Assembly (NCBI GenBank): GCA_944321885.1
Contig: CALUNB010000004.1
Span: 6,847 to 70,846, forward strand
Direction: 5' to 3'
DNA: 64,000 nt
From: an uncultured Bacteroidales bacterium
Lineage (GTDB): Bacteria; Bacteroidota; Bacteroidia; Bacteroidales; P3
Below, piece after piece: positions 28,586 through 38,258 of the stretch. The notes under the pieces are model-generated. The model did not search any database and had not been told where the DNA came from. It saw only the letters and a list, made by a program, of their open reading frames with translations. Position numbers and translations under genes: made by a program. Numbering within the stretch: the first letter of the stretch is position 1; the number at the start of each line of letters is the position of its first letter.

Positions 28586-31225
28586 TCAAAAACCAATAAG
28601 CAATTTCTCAGCATGAGTACGGCCCTGCCTGTCCGTGACTAGCAACAGATACATTCCAGTCTCATACCCCGACACCGACAATTCGCATTCGCTCCCACAA
28701 TCCCTTTTTTCCATCAATTTCTTGCCCGACATGGTATAAATCGCCACCGAAGCCATATCGCCGCCCGAAGCGAAGCGTACATGGAGTTCGTCTCTTACCG
28801 GATTGGGCCAAACTTGCAGCTCCAAAGCCTCCAGCATGTCTTCATTCGCGCTTGGAACACGAGGACTCCCGACATAGAAAGCGTCCAGCATCAGAATCGG
28901 AGCTTCGACTTCCCCCTTGCTTTGCAAAGCCAAGTGGCCTATGAAATCTTCTTCGGCTGTGAACTCCATCTTATGAATCAAGTAGTCCGTATTCTGTATA
29001 TCCTCCAAATGCGCCACGTCCATCACCTTGGATGCCGTGTCATAGGAAGCCAAGATATACGAATGGAGCGATGCAGCCCCCTCTCCCTCTTTTTCTATCC
29101 GGTAAGCAAAGGAAATCTCGTATGTAGAGTCTTTCACGAACGCGAAACACCGGCTTGCAATCCAATCATCCTGTCCTACATAATGTTCATTATCCGAGGC
29201 ATCGGCCAAGAATCCGACTCCGTTCCAGGCAAAAGACGTATCGGCAGAATAATCAAAAGCAGCCATCCAAGAATAGTAACCGGAAGAATACACGGACCTC
29301 CATTCATCCTCGAAAACCAAAGTCGTCCCATAGTTCTCAAAATCATCCTCATAGGGCAATGCAGCCACTTCCGAGTTTTCCGCTACGGCAGTCTTTCCGT
29401 TGTTGGTCAAGGACGAATCCAAGGGATGTGCAATGGTTCCATCCACCCGGTAACGCCCGAATTTCGAGAAATCAACCAATTCTTTAAACTCATAAACAAA
29501 CGGTTGATCGGGATACAAGGTGTCCGCGATGATTTCCCTGACTGTATCCCCTCCGTTGATACAATACGCGGCTTCAACTCCCGTCACCGGTTTCACCGAA
29601 GTATTCCGGATAACGAAAGAAATGGCTTCGGCATCGGTCAGGTTGCAGTCATAGGGTACCACCATCCGTTCCAAATTCAAATCCACCGGCAACACTTGTT
29701 CGCTACCCCGCAAGGCGAAATCGTCGATAAAAATCATCCATTCATCGGTACGTTCTTCCACCAAACTGTCGCTATAGAAAACCAAGCCCATGTAATAGGT
29801 CCCGGTTTCTTCCACCGAGAAAGACGAACTGGAGAACAAGGAATAGTGGGCTTCCCCGGGCATAATCAATTCACCGGTTTTCCGCAAAAACGTATCCAAA
29901 ACCACGGTATGAGGTGCATCAAGAAGGTTGGCTTGGTCTTTTCCCAATATCACCCGAAAATGTACGCCTTGGTTATCCCAATGTTCCGGCAGTTTCCGGA
30001 ATCCATAGAACATGTCGATACGATAATCCATGCCTTCTTCCAGCAACAAACAGCGGGTTGCCGCGAAAGCATCTTCCCCATTGGATGCCGGGCCAGACCA
30101 AGGGGAATAAACCCCCATGAAAAGATACGCATTCCCGGCATGGGCCATCTGGGGGTTCTGCCCTGTCCCAAAAGGAAGTGAAAACTGACTTTCCAACCTA
30201 TCATCGAGATACCAATAGCGGGATCCAGGGTCTCCCACTTCAAAACTAGCTTCCATAGGCAATTCAAATGAATTTTGCTTGTAGAAATCGTATACCAATG
30301 TATCGTTCACCTCGTATTCGTCCGTTTCCAAGCCGATAAAAGCCCGGACATAAACCTGGGAACGCAAACCGTTCAAGTAAGTAGAGAAAGGAAGAGCGCT
30401 TTCAAATGTGTAACGCAAGGTATCACCTGGTTCGATTCTTTGGTCCACCCTTTCCTTGATGATTTCCGAATACGAAGCCAAGGTATCAGCATCCAAACCT
30501 ACCGATTGGCAAGCGATATCAAATCCATCCACAGCTTTCGCACCCTTGTTGACAAGCAACACTTCCACCGGGGAATCCGTAATATCACAAGGTTCCGAAA
30601 CACCCCCAGACACTAAAATTTGCTCCACACTGATTTCAACAGACGGTTGAACAATACGCGGTCCGGAAACGTTATCAATCGCCAAACAAATCGTGTTGTC
30701 GATACCTGGCAATTCCGGTTTGTACAAATGCCTGAATGCCACGTAAACCGTATCCCCAATGAACTCTTGCAAGGGAAGGCTCCGAGTCATACTGGTAACC
30801 GAACCGTCAAAGATCAGAGAGTCAATCCGGGTCGTGAAGGAGGCCACATCCGGACCTGTCCGGGAGACCCACACTTCCATATAGTTGGCACCTGACGAAT
30901 AGGCCCAATAAGACAAACTGTCCTGGTCATCTTCCACAACAAGACGGGGGGTCACCAGCCAATTATCTGGTTTGTATGAGTTAAAAAGAAGTTTGATATA
31001 AGATGTCACCGCTGTGGTGTGGTCCACCCCGTCCGAAGCAACCAACCAGGCAGCCCCATCCCCGTTGGCATCAATCTGCCGCCAGCCATAAGGCGGGAAA
31101 TTGGTCATGTCCGTCCGGTTGAAATTCTCATACAAATCCTCTTGCCCGAAACCGGGAGCGGCCCAAACACAGAAAAGCAAGCTTGCCATCAAGCCCTTCA
31201 ACATCATTAAAGTTTTTGTTTTCAT
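28586..31225 (-). CDS. T9SS cargo protein with two choice-of-anchor-J-like domains and T9SS CTD
   Basis: Signal peptide MKTKTLMMLKGLMASLLFCVWAAPGFGQ. First domain reads LYENFN...PPYGWRQIDANGDGAAWLV...DNWLVTPRL. A second similar module lies near residues 640-800. The C-terminal tail VWPNPVRDELHVRF...GMYLLLVTDRQGRTHAEKLLIGF is the sorting domain. Confidence 0.7.
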   Translation of the reverse strand: MKTKTLMMLKGLMASLLFCVWAAPGFGQEDLYENFNRTDMTNFPPYGWRQIDANGDGAAWLVASDGVDHTTAVTSYIKLLFNSYKPDNWLVTPRLVVEDDQDSLSYWAYSSGANYMEVWVSRTGPDVASFTTRIDSLIFDGSVTSMTRSLPLQEFIGDTVYVAFRHLYKPELPGIDNTICLAIDNVSGPRIVQPSVEISVEQILVSGGVSEPCDITDSPVEVLLVNKGAKAVDGFDIACQSVGLDADTLASYSEIIKERVDQRIEPGDTLRYTFESALPFSTYLNGLRSQVYVRAFIGLETDEYEVNDTLVYDFYKQNSFELPMEASFEVGDPGSRYWYLDDRLESQFSLPFGTGQNPQMAHAGNAYLFMGVYSPWSGPASNGEDAFAATRCLLLEEGMDYRIDMFYGFRKLPEHWDNQGVHFRVILGKDQANLLDAPHTVVLDTFLRKTGELIMPGEAHYSLFSSSSFSVEETGTYYMGLVFYSDSLVEERTDEWMIFIDDFALRGSEQVLPVDLNLERMVVPYDCNLTDAEAISFVIRNTSVKPVTGVEAAYCINGGDTVREIIADTLYPDQPFVYEFKELVDFSKFGRYRVDGTIAHPLDSSLTNNGKTAVAENSEVAALPYEDDFENYGTTLVFEDEWRSVYSSGYYSWMAAFDYSADTSFAWNGVGFLADASDNEHYVGQDDWIASRCFAFVKDSTYEISFAYRIEKEGEGAASLHSYILASYDTASKVMDVAHLEDIQNTDYLIHKMEFTAEEDFIGHLALQSKGEVEAPILMLDAFYVGSPRVPSANEDMLEALELQVWPNPVRDELHVRFASGGDMASVAIYTMSGKKLMEKRDCGSECELSVSGYETGMYLLLVTDRQGRTHAEKLLIGF

Positions 31226-31700
31226 AATACTTTGATTTTGGTTATTAGTACTTCCTTTCTCTAACCTCCATGGACATTGGATGGTTCCGGACCTCAGGGA
31301 CCGGAAGCCCTGAAGCCCTAAGTCCCGGAGTTCCTCAAAACATCCACCGGAAACAAACGGAAAACGAGGATGCGCAGCATTTGTTCCCCGGATTTCTCAA
31401 TCGTAAAATTAGTACCCGCCCGCAAGATGACATGGAAACAGAAAGACAAAAACATTCACCGGACCCCGTGTTTGCAAACGTAGGCATCACCAATTCCAAG
31501 AGAATGTTTTTCAAAGAAAAAACAAGAATAAGAAACATCGAAAAACGTAGTCCCTTCCGCATGTTGGACAAGGAATGCGTCCTTCCATCCCGCCTTCATG
31601 CACTCGAAAGCCTTCTACAAACCTATCTGCCCGTTTTTCTCCCCCTCCACCTTGGACCATGTGAAAAATTTTTCAAATTCAAATCATGAAAACCAATATT

Positions 31701-32417
31701 TTAACAAGACCATGTGATATCTTGCCTCTTATTTTCCTGATGTAATAACATCTCCGACTCCGGTTTCACCAATTTCTGGACCAACTTGAATACATCCGAA
31801 CCCAAATATCGGGGATAGGGTCCATCTTGAGATGCCTGCTTGGCATTCCGAATGGCAGCATAAACCCGAGGCAAGAACACTCCAGGATTCGGCCTCTTAT
31901 TGTACCCCCGACCATCTCCAATACAACTAGCCAAAGCCTCATCAATATAATGTTTCGAACCCGTGATCCGTTCATTCCGAAACAGACATTCTCTTTCCTC
32001 CTCTGTAAAATCATCCAATTCTTTAAAATGAAACAACAACCACATTTCAAAACAAGGATTGCTCAAAGCCAAAAACAAATTGTTTTTTTGGCAATCCTCA
32101 GCCAATGCAACCCAATCAATATGATGAATCGTCTCCCAATCATCCCGGTCCACCAACAACCAAAACTCATCTGTCTTCCGAATAGGGAATTCCTTTTTAG
32201 CCTTCAACAAAAGCTTCTGCACCGAAATCGGATTTGTAGCCCCCTCTTTATGAGGAAGAATCACAATTTCCATAAGCCCGCCTTGAAAAAAAGAAGAACA
32301 CCGCAAATCTTCGAAATATTTCTTCTCTGTAAGCGTACCCTCGAACGCCAACACGAACAACTTCTCCGCATCCCTACGTACAGGACGTCTTTCCAAAGGG
32401 ATAAATTTCCGAGACAT
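31701..32417 (-). CDS. RloB-like (Toprim-type) protein, partner of the adjacent ATPase
   Basis: 238 aa. Toprim-like Glu in LFVLAFEGTLTEKKYF (E26) and DxD in LLVDRDDWE (D90/D92). NPCFEMWLLFHF is typical of the RloB family. Its start overlaps the ATPase stop (TAATG at 32415..32419). Confidence 0.75.
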   Translation of the reverse strand: MSRKFIPLERRPVRRDAEKLFVLAFEGTLTEKKYFEDLRCSSFFQGGLMEIVILPHKEGATNPISVQKLLLKAKKEFPIRKTDEFWLLVDRDDWETIHHIDWVALAEDCQKNNLFLALSNPCFEMWLLFHFKELDDFTEEERECLFRNERITGSKHYIDEALASCIGDGRGYNKRPNPGVFLPRVYAAIRNAKQASQDGPYPRYLGSDVFKLVQKLVKPESEMLLHQENKRQDITWSC

Positions 32418-33811
32418 TATTCTGTACTTTTAAGTAAATCCACAACATCATAAGAACTCCCCATACGTGGTACCGCCTTGAAGCGTCCCAACAAATAATC
32501 CCGCCGGATTTCCTTGTCAAAACGCACATTGTATTCATCCAGAGAATACAAAGAACTTTCACCTTGATGGTTTTTAGCCACAAACCATATTTCATCTTTG
32601 CGGAACAATTTTTGGGTCAGCAGGACAGATTCATGCGTAGACACCACCAACTGGCTTTCTTTGTCTTCTATCAATCTCAAATACAGTTCGAAAATGTTAT
32701 ACATAAGATTGGGATGCAAACTACGCTCCATTTCATCCACAATGAAAACTTTCCCGCCTTTCAATAAATCCAAAAGCAAAGGGATATAATCAATAATCCG
32801 GTTCGTACCATCCGATTCCTCCCTAGGTTCGAAATACACATCCACTTGTCCAGGCTGCAAGGAATGATGTTTGGTCATGAATTTCTGTATCCGTAATTTT
32901 CCCGTCCCGGAGTCCTTGTTCAACAAATAACGCTCTTGCGTAGATGCATTCATCAACGTAATAATCCGATTTTCAGAGCCTTCCTGCGAAAACACTTCTT
33001 TTATCTCATTCATGATGACATCGGGAATCCGGAATTCCTGGTCATTCAAGGATTTAAGACAAATTCCACTAATCCCCGTGTCAAAATAATTCAGCATCTT
33101 TTCGTAAACATGCTGAAGGTCTTTGTTATCCACCAAGCCGGAAAACAAGCCCGCATCATAGCGGGATTCAGGGAAAATCACTCGCAAAACATGCAAGAAC
33201 CAATCGTACACAGCTAATAAGTCCGATATATCCTGTACATTTTCTTTCACCCTCCGACTGACAATCTCCGTCAGAAAAAGCCGTTTGCCAGGAGTAGCCA
33301 TCGCAACGAATTCGAGAAATCTCATCTGCTCCTCTACCGGATTCTTCTTATACAGGGCAGACAAATCAAATCGTGCATCCGTTGTCTCATCCCTTTCAAA
33401 AAGCAGCTTCTGACCCGACTTGGATATTTCATACAACCATTCCCTTACCACCCCCATTCCATTGAACTCGAATCCGTAGGCATAGTTTTTCCCTTTGTAC
33501 CGGATTTCATACTCCATATAAACATTCCTATGGGCAGCCTCCGGGTCTAAACGAAAAACTGGGATTTCCCAAATATCATCATTGCCCAATCCCCCATTGA
33601 GTATGAAACGTCGACCAAAATCCAGTGCCTTTATCAAATTGGATTTCCCCGAAGCGTTCGCACCGAACACCACACCGGCCTTCAAAACAGAAACCCCATT
33701 TAATTTATTGGTTTTATGGAAACTCTTCAATGTTCCCCGTCCTGATATCATCGAAAAAGTGTTCCTCTCATGAAAAGACAGGAAATTTTCTACCGTATAT
33801 CGAATTAACAT
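32417..33811 (-). CDS. ABC-type AAA ATPase (AAA_21/RloA-like)
   Basis: ATG at 33811 (MLIRYTVENFLSFHERNTFSM...). Walker A is FGANASGKSNLIKAL. Walker B/D-loop is VFIVDEMERSLHPNL. H-loop region is VVSTHES. AT-rich relative to its flanks. Confidence 0.75.
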   Translation of the reverse strand: MLIRYTVENFLSFHERNTFSMISGRGTLKSFHKTNKLNGVSVLKAGVVFGANASGKSNLIKALDFGRRFILNGGLGNDDIWEIPVFRLDPEAAHRNVYMEYEIRYKGKNYAYGFEFNGMGVVREWLYEISKSGQKLLFERDETTDARFDLSALYKKNPVEEQMRFLEFVAMATPGKRLFLTEIVSRRVKENVQDISDLLAVYDWFLHVLRVIFPESRYDAGLFSGLVDNKDLQHVYEKMLNYFDTGISGICLKSLNDQEFRIPDVIMNEIKEVFSQEGSENRIITLMNASTQERYLLNKDSGTGKLRIQKFMTKHHSLQPGQVDVYFEPREESDGTNRIIDYIPLLLDLLKGGKVFIVDEMERSLHPNLMYNIFELYLRLIEDKESQLVVSTHESVLLTQKLFRKDEIWFVAKNHQGESSLYSLDEYNVRFDKEIRRDYLLGRFKAVPRMGSSYDVVDLLKSTE

Positions 33812-33896
33812 GCCAACTTTTTTTGGTAAAAATAAGCAAAACAAATGAACCAAACAAAGCAAATGTGAAAAAATCACAAATTCACCCCGGGGAAAT

Positions 33897-33926
33897 AAAA
33901 AAAAGCGGCCCGCCAATGCGGGCCGC
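33897..33926 (-). terminator. Rho-independent terminator downstream of glmS
   Basis: The minus strand reads GCGGCCCGC-ATTG-GCGGGCCGC followed by TTTTTTTT. The 9-bp GC stem pairs 33905..33913 with 33918..33926. The T-tract is 33897..33904. It lies 76 nt past the glmS stop. Confidence 0.75.
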
Positions 33927-34001
33927 CCAAACCAAAAACAAGAATACAGAAATCACAAACTACCGGCGAGCCCCGGTTTCCCGACCCGGACCGGCAAAGG
34001 A

Positions 34002-35849
34002 CTATTCCACCGTGACCGACTTGGCCAAATTCCGGGGTTGGTCCACATTGCGCCTTTTGTTCTTGGCAATGTAATACGCCAGCAGTTGCAAAGGCACAGA
34101 AGCCACAATAGGTGTCAGGCATTCCGGCACTTCCGGAATCTCCAGGCAGTAGTCCGCCATTTCCTGCATCGCCGTATTCCCCGGGTTCACAATCGCCACG
34201 ACAACCCCTCCCCTCGACTTGACCTGCTGCACATTATTCACCACCTTATCGTACAAAGAATCCGTAGGCGCAATGATAATGGTCGGCATCTCACTATCAA
34301 TCAATGCTATAGGACCATGCTTCATCTCCGCTGCCGGATAACCCTCCGCATGGATATAGGAAATCTCCTTGAGTTTCAACGCTCCTTCCAATGCCGTAGG
34401 ATAATTGTATCCCCGACCCAAATACAAGAAATTATGCGCATAGGTGAAAGTCCGCGAAAGTTTTTGGATCTCCTCATCCAACTTCAACACATCCCTTACC
34501 GTATCCGGTATCCGGGCCAAGGCCTGGGCCACCGTGCGAACCGTCCCGGCATCCACCGTCCCCCGGACCTGTCCCGCACATAAAGCCAACAAGGTCAATA
34601 CGGTCACCTGTCCTGTAAACGCCTTGGTCGAAGCCACCCCGATTTCGGGTCCCACGTGGATGTAAGTACCCGAATCCGTATTGCGGGGAATGGAAGCCCC
34701 CACCACATTGCAAATCCCGTACACAAAAGCCCCCTTGTTCTTGGCCAATTGGATGGCCGCCAAAGTATCCGCCGTTTCTCCCGACTGGGAAATCGCAATC
34801 ACGATATCCTTGTCCGTAATGACCGGCCCGCTGTACCGGAACTCGGAAGCATACTCCACCTCGACCGGTATCTTACACATATCCTGGATAATATGCTTTC
34901 CAATCAAGGCCGCATGCCAGGAAGTTCCGCATGCGACAATCACAATCCGGTTCACATCCAAAAACTTCTGTTTGTTCTGGAGAACCCCCGACAACACGAC
35001 CCTTGCCCCGTCGTCCACAATCCGTCCCCGGATGCAATCACGCAAGGTCTCAGGCTGCTCGAAAATCTCTTTCAGCATGAAAGTGTCATAGCCCCCTTTT
35101 TCCAATTGGGCCACGCTCATCTGCAAAGTCTTGATATCCACCGGAGCCGGATGGTTGGTTTCGAGGGACAACACCTGCAAGGGCCTGTCCCGGTGAATCA
35201 CCGCAATTTCATTGTCTTGCAAATACACCACCTTGTTGGTAAAAGCCACAATCGGCGTAGCATCCGAAGCCAGAATCGTTTCGTCTTCCCCGATTCCCAC
35301 CACCAAAGGACTGCTCTTCCGAGCTGCCACAATCGTATCGGGATTATCTTTTTCCATCACGGCGATGGCATAAGCACCTTCAATCTGCCGCAAGGATTCC
35401 CGCACGGCATTGAACAAGTTGCAATGATTCGTTTCCTTCACATATTCAATCAACTGAACCAACACCTCGGTATCGGTCTCGCTCTTGAAAGTATACCCCT
35501 GCTGCATCAAAGCGGTCTTCAACAGCCCGTAATTCTCTATTGTCCCGTTATGGACCAAGGCAATCGAGCCGCTCTGGGAACACTGGGGATGGGCATTCAC
35601 ATTGTTCGGGACCCCGTGCGTGGCCCAACGGGTATGGGCGATACCCATCGTACCTGATATATCCTGCCCTTCCACCGCCCGTTCCAAATCCGCCACTTTC
35701 CCCTTTGCTTTATAAACCCTGAGCCTTCCATCGGAACCCTCCAAGGCGATACCGGCACTGTCATACCCCCGGTATTCCAAACGTTTCAAACCTTGAATCA
35801 ATACATCATAAGCATTCCGCTTACCCATGTAACCAACGATACCACACAT
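34002..35849 (-). CDS. glmS: Glutamine--fructose-6-phosphate aminotransferase (isomerizing)
   Basis: MCGIVGYMG N-terminal nucleophile, two SIS domains, and the C-terminal ...NLAKSVTVE. 615 aa. Confidence 0.95.
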   Translation of the reverse strand: MCGIVGYMGKRNAYDVLIQGLKRLEYRGYDSAGIALEGSDGRLRVYKAKGKVADLERAVEGQDISGTMGIAHTRWATHGVPNNVNAHPQCSQSGSIALVHNGTIENYGLLKTALMQQGYTFKSETDTEVLVQLIEYVKETNHCNLFNAVRESLRQIEGAYAIAVMEKDNPDTIVAARKSSPLVVGIGEDETILASDATPIVAFTNKVVYLQDNEIAVIHRDRPLQVLSLETNHPAPVDIKTLQMSVAQLEKGGYDTFMLKEIFEQPETLRDCIRGRIVDDGARVVLSGVLQNKQKFLDVNRIVIVACGTSWHAALIGKHIIQDMCKIPVEVEYASEFRYSGPVITDKDIVIAISQSGETADTLAAIQLAKNKGAFVYGICNVVGASIPRNTDSGTYIHVGPEIGVASTKAFTGQVTVLTLLALCAGQVRGTVDAGTVRTVAQALARIPDTVRDVLKLDEEIQKLSRTFTYAHNFLYLGRGYNYPTALEGALKLKEISYIHAEGYPAAEMKHGPIALIDSEMPTIIIAPTDSLYDKVVNNVQQVKSRGGVVVAIVNPGNTAMQEMADYCLEIPEVPECLTPIVASVPLQLLAYYIAKNKRRNVDQPRNLAKSVTVE

Positions 35850-35868
35850 ATTTGTCTCCTTTCTATAA

Positions 35869-36291
35869 TTAAGGTTTCTTTTTCTTTGCGAACCAAAAAC
35901 GATAAACGTACCATCCCGCGATCGAAGCCAACATCACGCCCAGCACGTTCGCCCCGAAATCGAGCCAACTGGCATTCCTCGCCTGGGTGCACCAGCCCTG
36001 CAGAAGCTCGAGCAAACCGCCCAACAGGACCGGGCAAAGCGACGCACCGACCCAAGCATGCCACAAGGGCGCCTGCCTTTTCTTCGACGAGCGCAAGAAT
36101 TCGACCCACAACATTCCCGACAAGGCAAAATACATGACCACATGGACCACCTTGTCCCAATAGGGAAACGCAGGAACTTCCGTTCCTTTGGGCAAATGAA
36201 CCAAAGACGCACAAAAGACAAGCGCGATGCAACACAACGAAACGGGATAGGTCAAAACAAAATACTTGAAAATGTCAAAAAAGCGCTTCAT
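35869..36291 (-). CDS. VanZ-family membrane protein
   Basis: 140 aa with four hydrophobic segments. WDKVVHVVMYFALSG is the VanZ-like signature. Confidence 0.65.
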   Translation of the reverse strand: MKRFFDIFKYFVLTYPVSLCCIALVFCASLVHLPKGTEVPAFPYWDKVVHVVMYFALSGMLWVEFLRSSKKRQAPLWHAWVGASLCPVLLGGLLELLQGWCTQARNASWLDFGANVLGVMLASIAGWYVYRFWFAKKKKP

Positions 36292-36363
36292 CCGGAAAAC
36301 CGATATTGCGACATCCCTCCTTGGTACGAACCTGCCTGGACGGACGTATCCATCTCGAAAACA

Positions 36364-37527
36364 CTATAATGCCTTTCCTTGCAAAAAGGACAGAATGCGA
36401 CCGCAGGCCTTGCCATCCCCGTAAGGATTGACAGCCTTGCTCATCTTCTCGTAAGCGGACGCATCCTCCAACAGGACCGAAACGTTTTCCACGATTTTAT
36501 CGTAATCCGTGCCGACCAATTTCACCGTTCCAGCCTCCAATGCCTCCGGACGTTCCGTCGTATCCCGCATCACCAAGACCGGTTTTCCCAGGCCCGGAGC
36601 TTCCTCCTGGATTCCACCGCTATCGGTCAAAACCACCGAAGATTTTTCCATCAGGAAGACAAAACTCAAGTATTCCAAAGGTTCGATGAAAAACATATTG
36701 CCCAAACCGGAAAGGTCCTGTCCGAACACCTCATGGATGGGTTTGCGCACATTGGGATTTAAATGCATCGGATAAACGAAATCCACTTCAGGGAATTTTT
36801 CCTTCAACGCCCTAATAGCCTTGCACATCCGAATGAATCCATCCCCGAAATTTTCCCGCCTGTGACCGGTTATCAGCACCAAGCGTCGCCCGGAAGCCAA
36901 ACGTGCCACATCATACCCGGCCTGTTTCAGTTCGTCCGACAAGGAAGCATTCAAATCCTTATCGTTCTTTATTTTATCAACCACCCAATACAAAGCGTCG
37001 ATGACTGTGTTCCCCGTCACCGTGATTTTGGAATCATCTACATTTTCCCGCAACAGGTTTTGCCGGCTCAAGGGCGTTGGCGCAAAATGGAAGGAAGCGA
37101 TACGCCCGGTAAGCTGACGGTTCATCTCTTCCGGCCAAGGACTGTAAATGTCATGGGTGCGAAGCCCGGCCTCCACATGGCCCACCGGAATCTGTTGGTA
37201 AAAAGCCGCCAAGGCCGCTGCCGTGGAGGTGGTCGTATCCCCATGGACCAAAACCACATCGGGCCGGGTCTCCTTCAAAACATCCCGCATCCCCAACAAA
37301 ACCCGGGAAGTGACATCGTACAAATCCTGGCCCTGTTTCATGATATTCAAATCATAATCAGGAACTATCCCGAAAATCTTCAACACTTGGTCCAACATCT
37401 CCCGGTGTTGTCCCGTCACGCACACCACGGTTTGGAATTCCGTAGGTTTTTTCTGGAACTCCTTTACCAAGGGGGCCATTTTTATCGCTTCCGGCCGGGT
37501 ACCGAAAACAAGAAGTATTTTTTTCAT
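36364..37527 (-). CDS. wecB: UDP-N-acetylglucosamine 2-epimerase (non-hydrolysing)
   Basis: [29 protein letters not shown] and [30 protein letters not shown] are all present. Confidence 0.9.
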   Translation of the reverse strand: MKKILLVFGTRPEAIKMAPLVKEFQKKPTEFQTVVCVTGQHREMLDQVLKIFGIVPDYDLNIMKQGQDLYDVTSRVLLGMRDVLKETRPDVVLVHGDTTTSTAAALAAFYQQIPVGHVEAGLRTHDIYSPWPEEMNRQLTGRIASFHFAPTPLSRQNLLRENVDDSKITVTGNTVIDALYWVVDKIKNDKDLNASLSDELKQAGYDVARLASGRRLVLITGHRRENFGDGFIRMCKAIRALKEKFPEVDFVYPMHLNPNVRKPIHEVFGQDLSGLGNMFFIEPLEYLSFVFLMEKSSVVLTDSGGIQEEAPGLGKPVLVMRDTTERPEALEAGTVKLVGTDYDKIVENVSVLLEDASAYEKMSKAVNPYGDGKACGRILSFLQGKAL

Positions 37528-37628
37528 TATTGCAAAGTTTTAAACATCTTTTAAAGCCGGCTTCGGAATCCGAGACACATTGCGATGCCATAACCGTGAG
37601 CAGCAGCTTATCCCAAAAGCCAAAATTT

Positions 37629-38258
37629 CTACAAACCACCCATCTCTTCCGGACTCAGACCCGTCGCCCGGGATATAACCTCCGTAGCAACACCCAGCCT
37701 CTTCAGGTTCCGAGCCGTCTTGATTCGCTCCTCACGCTGACCTTCGGCCTTACCTTCTTCCCGGCCTTTCTCCATCCCCGCCTGCAAACCTTCCTTCCAG
37801 CCCTTCTTCTCCGCCGTGGACACCAGGCTGTACATGTCGCGATAGTCCTTCAGGCTCTCCTCGTAGGCCGCACGACAAGCCTTTATCTCCTCCGCCCATC
37901 CGCCATAATCCGTCCCATCCGGATTGATATCATATTTCGCCCGCCAAAATTCTTTCATAGACCCGATTTCTTTGGGGGCGATACAGGATGAATCCAACTC
38001 CAGCCCCTCCTTGCCGCACACGAAAAGCCGGGAGGCATTCCGTAAATCATATTGGAAAATCTCACAAGGATGAGTACCGACATGCCCCATAACCTTCTCC
38101 AAATATACGGAAACCTTATCCCGGTCTGCCATTCCTCTCCGAGTACAAACCACATTGTCGGCCAACGAACACAATTCTTTGGCCAATGAAGCCTTTTTGT
38201 CGCACAATATACACAATTCTATCTTCTTCTCCCGGCAAAGATTAATCAAAGCGGACAA
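37629..38258 (-). CDS. Hypothetical protein with an Rpn/PD-(D/E)XK-'putative transposase'-like C-terminal tail only; possibly a remnant or chimera
   Basis: The C-terminal about 60 aa (KEGLQAGMEKGREEGKAEGQREERIKTARNLKRLGVATEVISRATGLSPEEM) match the characteristic tail of Rpn-family proteins. The N-terminal 150 aa show no nuclease motifs. The ORF-track start is a TTG directly preceded by an in-frame TAA, and the first ATG is internal (MADRDK...). Confidence 0.4.
   Translation of the reverse strand: MSALINLCREKKIELCILCDKKASLAKELCSLADNVVCTRRGMADRDKVSVYLEKVMGHVGTHPCEIFQYDLRNASRLFVCGKEGLELDSSCIAPKEIGSMKEFWRAKYDINPDGTDYGGWAEEIKACRAAYEESLKDYRDMYSLVSTAEKKGWKEGLQAGMEKGREEGKAEGQREERIKTARNLKRLGVATEVISRATGLSPEEMGGL

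Noticed and set aside
31270-31689. 139-aa plus-strand ORF in the gap next to the RloB gene as a third system component
   Set aside because: It has no ribosome-binding or promoter context, no recognisable domain and a low-complexity sequence. It is oriented opposite to both neighbouring operons.
31701-33811. Classifying the ATPase + Toprim pair as PARIS (AriA/AriB)
   Set aside because: The small partner shows RloB-family blocks (NPCFEMWLLFHF, AFEG, VDRDD) rather than what I recall of DUF4435-type AriB. I keep it as RloA/RloB (AbiL-like) pending HMM assignment.
37629-38258. Active Rpn/IS-type transposase marking a mobile element
   Set aside because: Only the C-terminal tail resembles Rpn proteins. 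No PD-(D/E)XK core, no ATG start and no terminal inverted repeats were seen around it.
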